Position numbers and translations under genes: made by a program. 44,421 bases of DNA from an uncultured Methanosarcinales archaeon (GTDB lineage: Archaea > Nanobdellota > Nanobdellia > Woesearchaeales > CAYZNE01), in NCBI GenBank assembly GCA_964405295.1, contig CAYONI010000001.1:62001-106421 (forward strand), given 5' to 3'. The notes under the pieces were generated by a model, which had not been told where the DNA came from, did not search any database, and worked only from the letters and a program-made list of their open reading frames with translations. This document shows, in pieces, positions 37,411 through 44,421 of this stretch (position 1 is the first letter of the stretch; the number at the start of each line of letters is the position of its first letter).

Positions 37411-37914
37411 ATGGCATGTATAATTTGTGATTTAATAAATGAGAAAAAAGAAACAATATATCAAGATGATAAAGTTGTTGTCTTATTAGTTCACAAAGGT
37501 TTTGTTGCTGGTCATCTAAAAATTGTTTCTAAAGATCATTTTAATATTTTAGAACAAGTTCCTAATGAAATATTATCTTACATGATGACAGTTGCAAATA
37601 AGTTTGCCACAATCCTTTTCGATACTTTTGGATTACACGGAACAAATATTTTAATTCAAAATGGTGTTGGTGCAGGTCAAACAATTCCACATTTCTCTAT
37701 TGATATTATTCCAAGAAAATCAGGTGATGGTTTAAATTTAAAATGGGATATGAAAAAAGCACCACATGAATCTCTTGAAGGAATGAAAGCTATTCTTATT
37801 GATGCGTTAGACTCTGTGGCAAATAAAAATGAGCCAGAAGAAAAGCCTAAGCAAGAAGAAGAGATTTCTGGTGATGACAATGATATGGTTAAACATCTGA
37901 AACATATTCCTTAA
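37411..37914 (+). CDS. HIT family protein (degenerate triad)
   Basis: CIIC, GH...K.H, NG..AGQTIPHFSIDIIPR..DG. Confidence 0.82.
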   Translation: MACIICDLINEKKETIYQDDKVVVLLVHKGFVAGHLKIVSKDHFNILEQVPNEILSYMMTVANKFATILFDTFGLHGTNILIQNGVGAGQTIPHFSIDIIPRKSGDGLNLKWDMKKAPHESLEGMKAILIDALDSVANKNEPEEKPKQEEEISGDDNDMVKHLKHIP

Positions 37915-38147
37915 ATTTCGAAAATCTTTCAGATCTAGATAATTTACAATCTTTATTAATATACAAAAACCCACACTAATATCTGTTTTCATTTTTTGCA
38001 AATAGATAATATTATATACTTCGTAACTATTCTAACTATCCATTAGGGGTGATAACTAGATTAAATTGCATAAGTTAGCAGTTTAATTTATATCATAATT
38101 TAAAGAATAATACATTAAAATGTTATATGTTTGGGGGTTTAAATAAA

Positions 38148-41100
38148 ATGAATAATAATTTTATAAAAGTTTTTTCTATGCTAATCGCATTCTTAATGCT
38201 GGTTGGTTTTGCAAGTGCTGCTTGTGAAGTAACTGTTACTTCTCCAACTGTAGGAGCTATCTGGAAAGGTACAAATTCTATCACTTGGACTAATAATGGT
38301 GAATGTGGTTCAAATGTTATTCAAACAATAGAATACTATGACGCTGCTATTCCTACAACAATATATAATGCGGGAACATTAGACGTTAGTGTTGGAACAT
38401 ATTCATTCGATACAACTACTGTAAGTGATTCTGCTCTTGCTAAAGTAAGACTTATTCCTAATGGTGGAACTTATGATGAATCTGGTGTTTTTACTGTTGA
38501 TAATACTATTCCTTNNNNNNNNNNNNNNNNNNNNNNNNNNNNNNNNNNNNNNNNNNNNNNNNNNNNNNNNNNNNNNNNNNNNNNNNNNNNNNNNNNNNNN
38601 NNNNNNNNNNNNNNAATGGTGGAACTTATGATGAATCTGGTGTTTTTACTGTTGATAATACTATTCCTTTAATTGCTATTAATGATGATGCAGATGCTTC
38701 ATGGACTAATAATGATACAATTTCTGTTACTGTTTCTGATCTAACTTCTGGAATTAAAGAAACAAAATGGATTGTAGGATCAACTAATACTTGTGATACT
38801 ACAAAAGATACTCTTTTAGATGTTGGAGCAACAGGAAATTCAATGAATGCAGATGATGATTCTATATATTTAAATAAATACATTTGTTTTAGAACAGAAG
38901 ATAATGCAGGCAATCAAAATTATGCTGTATCTTCTCAAATTTTAAAACTTGATACAACTGCACCTACTTTTGTAGTTAGTCCAGATGCTAGTACTTCTTG
39001 GTCTACATCTGATACTATTGTTGCAACTATGAGCGATTCTGCTTCATTAGTTTCAAGTAATGCTTATGATTTTGTTACTGATTCTGCTGATTGTGATGTT
39101 GCACATATGGGAAGTGCAAGTGCATATATTTCTGGTGCTAATCTTAATGTTAATAGTGATCATAATGATTATATCTGTTTTTCATCAACTGATAATGCGG
39201 GCAATACTGGTTATCAAGCAAGTTTACAATTACATGTTGATCAAAGTGTTCCAACTTTGAGCTTTACTGATAATGTTGAGAATGGTTGGGTTGATGAAGA
39301 ACATATTAATGCAGATGGGAACTTTAATATTTCAGGAAGACAAAGTTTTCATCGTTTGTATATAGCTGATGTAGCTGTTTGTAGTGGGTCTTCGGCATGG
39401 GGAAGTTCAACTCCTATAGCTTCTGATACTATTGGATTAAGCATCTATAGTCTAGATAAAAATGATAAAGATATATGTTTTAGATTAATTGATAATGCAG
39501 GTAATACTAATTATTATACAACTGCAAATAAAATTCAAGTTGATCCAAACGCACCAACTATATCGATTACTGATAATGCTGGTGTTTCATGGACAAATTC
39601 TGAAACAATTTCTGCAACTATGGCAGATACTGAATCTGGTGTTAATGCTACAAGTGTTATTTATGGTTATGTAGACACTGCTGCAGAATGTGATGCTACA
39701 GGAATGGCTTCTGGAACTTTTGCATATACTTCAGCAAGTACTCTAACACTTAATAGTGCTGATCATAATGATTACATTTGTTTCTATGCAGAAGATAATG
39801 TTGGAAGAGAAACTTACCAAGCAACTTTACAATTACATCTTGACGTTACAAATCCTACTTTAACATTTACTGATGACGTTGAAGATGAATGGGTTACCCA
39901 AGAAGATGTAACAGTTGATTCTGATTTTGATATTTCTGGTAAAAAAACATTTGATTATGTTTTTGTTGCTGAAGCTTCTGCTTGTGATAGTGGTAGTGGA
40001 TGGGCTGGAACAAACATTAATGATGGTGATACTGTTAGTTTAACTAATAATGCACAAAATGGCGATGATTTTTGTTTTAGATTAATTGATAATGCAGGTA
40101 ATACTATTTATCAAAGAACATCCTACATGATTCAAATCGATACAACTGCACCGACTATAACTATTACTAATGATGCAACTGGAACAGGAATCTGGGTTAC
40201 AGCTGATACTATTGCTGCAACTTTTGCAGATGTTCCTTTAGAATCTGATGTTGCAACCATGGCTTGGAAGTTTTTACCAAGTGCAGGTGCTTGTAATGCA
40301 GGAAATATGGCTTCAGGTACAACTACAATTACTACTTCTCCATGGTTAAGTGTTGTTGGAACTTCTCATATTGATTATATATGTCTTGAAGCAATAGATA
40401 ATGTTACTAATGCAGCATATCTTTCAACTATACAATTACAAGTTGATACAACCAATCCTAATGTTGATGCTGGTGCTGATCTTTATAGTAATGCTTTATT
40501 TACTCAAGATGCAACTACAGATGATGTTGATGCAACTCTTGCACAAACTCTTTCAGGTATTGTAACTTGGTCATGGACTCAACAAAGTGGCCCAGGAACT
40601 ATTACTTTTGGAACTGCTGCTATTGAAGACACAACTGTTAGTGCAGATACTGATGGTAATTATACAATTAAATTGTTAGTAACTGACAAGGTTGGTAATA
40701 TAAATTCAGACACTTTTGTTCTGGCTTGGGATACAACCCTACCAGTAACTAGTGGTGTTGAAGTTTCACCAACCCCAGTTAGAGCTGGAAGTCAATTCGT
40801 AGTAACTGCTGTTGTAACAGAAACAAATTTTGATGATGCTACTGCAGATATCTATGATGAATCTAATGTATTAGTTGCAAGTTTAACTGAAATTGCAAGA
40901 ACAAGTAATGATGTTGTTGCATTCGACTTTGTTGATAGTGATTTTATGGCAGGAACTTTTGTTCCAGGTAGTTATAGAGTTGTTGTTGCTGGTTTTGATT
41001 TAGCAACTAATCAAGAAGTTGAAGATGATAATAATAGAGAAACTTTTGAAGTTATTCAACCAGAAGAAGGAGACCCAATTATTACTAGTTTTACTTTATC

Positions 41101-42616
41101 AAAAACTAGTGGAGTAACACCAGGTGAAACTATTACTGCAAATTGTTCTGCAACTTTTACAAATAATGGTCATTACGAAATTAATGGGCTTTATTCAAGT
41201 ACAGGTGTTATGGATATTATTGCAGATTTAACTGATGGACCTCATAGTGTAACTTGTAAAGCAATTGATAATGTTAACGAAAGATCAGTTTTTGCTGTTG
41301 ATAAAGTGTATACTGTTGGTGCTGTTCAAACTGCAACAGCTGCAGATCTTATAACTTATTATAAGGGAACTATTGCAATGACTGTTCAATCTGCTTTAGA
41401 TTGGTTATATGCTAATACAATAAAAACTATCGCAGCAGGTGATGGACTTAGTTCAACTGGAACAAATGATCCAACACTTAGTGTAAATGTAGATGATGTT
41501 ACACTTGAAATTAGTACAGATGCTTTAAGAGTCAAAGATGGTGGAATTACAACAGCTAAACTTAATGCTAATGCAGTTACATCTTCTAAAATATTAGATA
41601 ATACTATAACTTCTAGTGATATTGGTTCTAATGCTGTGGATTCTGATGAACTTTCATCAAGTGCTATTGTATTTGGAGATATCCAATCTGTAGATTTACC
41701 TACTGATGGTTATGATGGAACTTATTACACTGAAACTGAATCAAACACTAATTTTGTAAGTAGAAACAATTGGGCAGATCTTGATGATTATCCTATTTCT
41801 TGTGCAATGGGTAAATATGTGGGTGCAATTGGGGATACATTAAGTTGTATTGATGATGTAGATACAACATATACTGCAGGAAGTGGTTTAAGTTTAAGTG
41901 GAACCGTATTTAGTCATACAGATACAAGTTCACAATCTAGTTTAAATAACGTGGGTAGAACTTACATTCAAGACGTAAGTCTTGATAGTTATGGCCATGT
42001 TACAGGTTTAACTACTGCAACTGAGACTGTAATAGATACGACATTATCACAAGAAGAAGTTGAAGATTATGTTGGTGCTATGACTTCAGGAGTAGAGACA
42101 CATATTTCTGTTTCTTATAATGATGCTACCGGCAATATTGATTATGTTGTTAGTGATGAAACAGATCCTGTTTTTAGTGCTTGGAATAAGTCTACAGGTA
42201 TTAATATTACTGAATCTCAGATTTATGATTTAGATAAGTATACTCAATCTGAAGTTGACGCATTAAACAATAACATCTCAGGAATTAGAGAAACAGATAG
42301 TGGTGTAAAAATACATTTAACTAAAGGTTGGACTGAGTTTAGATTACCTGCACATGTATTAACTGGAACAAAGGTTAATAATTATAGTGGATTAAATCTT
42401 TCATATAATTATAATGTTACAAATGTATTAGCAAGTATTGATGGTAACTATAGTTACATTGCATACTATAATGTGCAGGACGCAGAATGGAAAGTCTGGC
42501 AAGATAATCTAACAACAAATAAATTTACCGAATTTCCACATGGTGAACATGATCCAAACTACGTGTTTAGTATACATATGAAGAATACAGATACATTAGT
42601 AATAGAGGAGCAATAA
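38148..42616 (+). CDS. Giant secreted/surface protein (~1437 aa after gap closure) with Ig-like repeats, PKD-like domain and fibre-like region
   Basis: Signal peptide after SD GGGGGT; gap flanks overlap by 55 nt and removing 155 nt gives one in-frame ORF of 1438 codons. Confidence 0.8.
38515..38614. other. Scaffold gap (100 N)
   Basis: Run of N; 38460-38514 identical to 38615-38669. Confidence 0.97.
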
Positions 42617-42642
42617 TTAGCTTATAGGCGAGGAAAGTTAAA

Positions 42643-43833
42643 ATGAATCCTATAAAAACTAAATGGAGATTGAATTTATTTTTATTTTTATTTTTATTAA
42701 TTAGTATTAGTTTGGTTTCAGCTCTACCTGTAACTTATTATGGAAATATTATTATTGATGGAAATAATGGTTCTGATGTTGATTTAAGAGTTGAATCTAA
42801 TTTAGAAGAGTATAAATTTAATTTTGATGAATCTTACATAGTTAATATTGCAGGAACCCAGAGCACAAATACTTATTTTTATATTTGGGATGAAAAAGTT
42901 AATACTGAAATTCAGCCTATACAAACATCAAGTGTAGAATTAAATCTTTCTTTTAATAAAATAAACGATCATGATGCCTGTGTTGGCGGTAATGATAAAG
43001 CATGTTCAAATAATAATTGCTTATATGATATTTGTAAACCTAATGGTTGGGAATGCTACGATAACTCTCATTGCAGTGGCTATTGTGGTAGTGATCATAA
43101 ATGTAAAACTTATTCTGGAGGCGGTGGCGGATCTGGTTACTTTGGTCCAAATATCTATAATATTTCAACAGCAGATTTAGTTGATGGTATATCCCGAACA
43201 TTAAATGTTGATGATCAAATAATATTTTATATTGATGGTGAAGAGCACATAATTACCATACTAGAAATAACTGAGGATTATGTTATTTTTGAAGTTAGAA
43301 GTGATATTCAAGAATTTACATTAGACTCCGGAGAGGACGTTGATGTTGATGTTACAGGTGATGGTTATACTGATGTTAATATTAAATTAAGTGATATTAC
43401 TGCTGCAAATAGGGCGGTAATTACAGTAAAAGAAGATAGGCAAGCTGTTCCTTCTGTAGTAGAAGTAGAAGAATCTCCTGAAGAAGAACAAATTGAAACT
43501 GTAATAGAAGTAGAAGAAGAAAAAGAACCTTTTACTATTCCTTATCAAGAAGAAATAAGTAAATTTACTGGAGCTGTTGCAGGTGTTGTTGGTGATGAGC
43601 CAGAAATTAGTTTTGGTTTAATTGCAGTTATTATTCTTGTAATTATTGCTTTAATAGTAACATCTATTTATGGTGGATTTCCCTTGCCTCTTAAAAGTCG
43701 TTTTGATAGAGCTACATATTTTCATAGAAAAGCAGAGATTGAGTACAGAAAAGGTAATCATAATAAGTCTCACGCATTTCATAGAAAAGCACAGCGTTTA
43801 AGAGAAGAAGCAGAGAGGAGGAAAAGACATTAA
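42643..43833 (+). CDS. Secreted, C-terminally membrane-anchored surface protein
   Basis: Signal peptide, Cys-rich segment, SGGGGGSG linker, acidic beta domain, C-terminal TM and basic tail. Confidence 0.8.
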   Translation: MNPIKTKWRLNLFLFLFLLISISLVSALPVTYYGNIIIDGNNGSDVDLRVESNLEEYKFNFDESYIVNIAGTQSTNTYFYIWDEKVNTEIQPIQTSSVELNLSFNKINDHDACVGGNDKACSNNNCLYDICKPNGWECYDNSHCSGYCGSDHKCKTYSGGGGGSGYFGPNIYNISTADLVDGISRTLNVDDQIIFYIDGEEHIITILEITEDYVIFEVRSDIQEFTLDSGEDVDVDVTGDGYTDVNIKLSDITAANRAVITVKEDRQAVPSVVEVEESPEEEQIETVIEVEEEKEPFTIPYQEEISKFTGAVAGVVGDEPEISFGLIAVIILVIIALIVTSIYGGFPLPLKSRFDRATYFHRKAEIEYRKGNHNKSHAFHRKAQRLREEAERRKRH

Positions 43834-43924
43834 TCTATTTTTTATTTTATTATAAAAAAAAGAATATTAAAAACTTATTTCACTCTAGAGTGATACTAAA
43901 ATAGGATGTTAGACGAGGAAAAAA

Positions 43925-44421
43925 ATGGTATGGTTCAAAAAATTTGGTTTCAGAAAAAATCCTTTTGATGTTAATACATTAAAAACTAAGTTTAAGATTA
44001 TTGGTAGAGAGTTTGAGGCAAAAGAAATAATTTATAGAATTGCTTCAGGTAGTATGCTTTTAATTGAGGGAAAAAGTGGCTTCGGAAAAACTGCTTTACT
44101 AAAACACGCTATTGACAATTTTAAAGGCAAAGGAAAGGTTGTTTATGTCGACGCTTCGTCTTTAAATAAGAGATTGGATATTGCAAAGTTAATATATAAA
44201 AAGCCTAAAGGAATGATAATTTTACTTGATAATGTGCAATATCTTTCTAAAAAGAATAATGATAAAATAAAGTATTATTATGATCAAGATAGAATAAAAT
44301 CTGTTGTGTTTACAACAAACTCTTATGAGTTGGTTAATTTTAGTGATTCTATTATTGATAGAATTGGGAATAATGTGATTAAACTAAAAAATTTAAGTCA
44401 GTCTTATGTTGTTGAACTTGC
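43925..44421 (+). CDS. P-loop ATPase (AAA-like), 3' truncated by window edge
   Basis: MVWFKKFGFRKNPF..IIGRE..IEGKSGFGKT Walker A..ILLDNVQ Walker B. Confidence 0.8.
   Translation, partial: MVWFKKFGFRKNPFDVNTLKTKFKIIGREFEAKEIIYRIASGSMLLIEGKSGFGKTALLKHAIDNFKGKGKVVYVDASSLNKRLDIAKLIYKKPKGMIILLDNVQYLSKKNNDKIKYYYDQDRIKSVVFTTNSYELVNFSDSIIDRIGNNVIKLKNLSQSYVVEL

Noticed and set aside
38022..38060. TAACTA repeats upstream of the giant surface gene as a fifth palindromic site
   Set aside because: Right half-site matches poorly and the 12-nt spacing to a TATA box is not met
38460..38669. 55-nt direct repeat around the N run, and apparent split into two ORFs
   Set aside because: Identical contig-end overlap across a 100-N gap; collapsing it restores one reading frame
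1..44421. CRISPR array, transposase, integrase, reverse transcriptase or rRNA
   Set aside because: No regularly spaced repeat-spacer array and no recognisable motifs for these elements seen

Overview
AT-rich archaeal genome segment. Gene content (TFB, PAN, Cdc48, NMD3, eL43-Rpo12-Pcc1-prefoldin cluster, ABCE1, NucS, intron-containing tRNA) and lineage-typical hypotheticals suggest a DPANN archaeon, probably Woesearchaeota-like (inference). Most of the window is housekeeping: SAMP-NcsA-UbaA sulfur relay, rubrerythrin/superoxide reductase, Rad50, CysRS with tRNA-Cys, uS15, Cdc48, ScpB, two HIT proteins and a giant surface protein. The most interesting locus is a ~2.3 kb integrase-less islet at the initiator tRNA-Met (21003-23276). 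It carries an apparent full-length fused CapRel-type toxin-antitoxin (RelA/SpoT-type synthetase domain plus C-terminal YPNY motif), three small DNA-binding-type proteins, and a right-hand tRNA copy that looks like a promoter-driven acceptor/T-arm minihelix. Other observations: an 8-4-8 palindrome exactly 12 nt upstream of four TATA boxes, a structured uS15 leader, a candidate sRNA, a single-gene insertion flanked by a synonymously diverged copy of a gene 3' end, and an exact 529-bp tandem duplication in scpB. All family calls come from motif recognition; no database searches were run.
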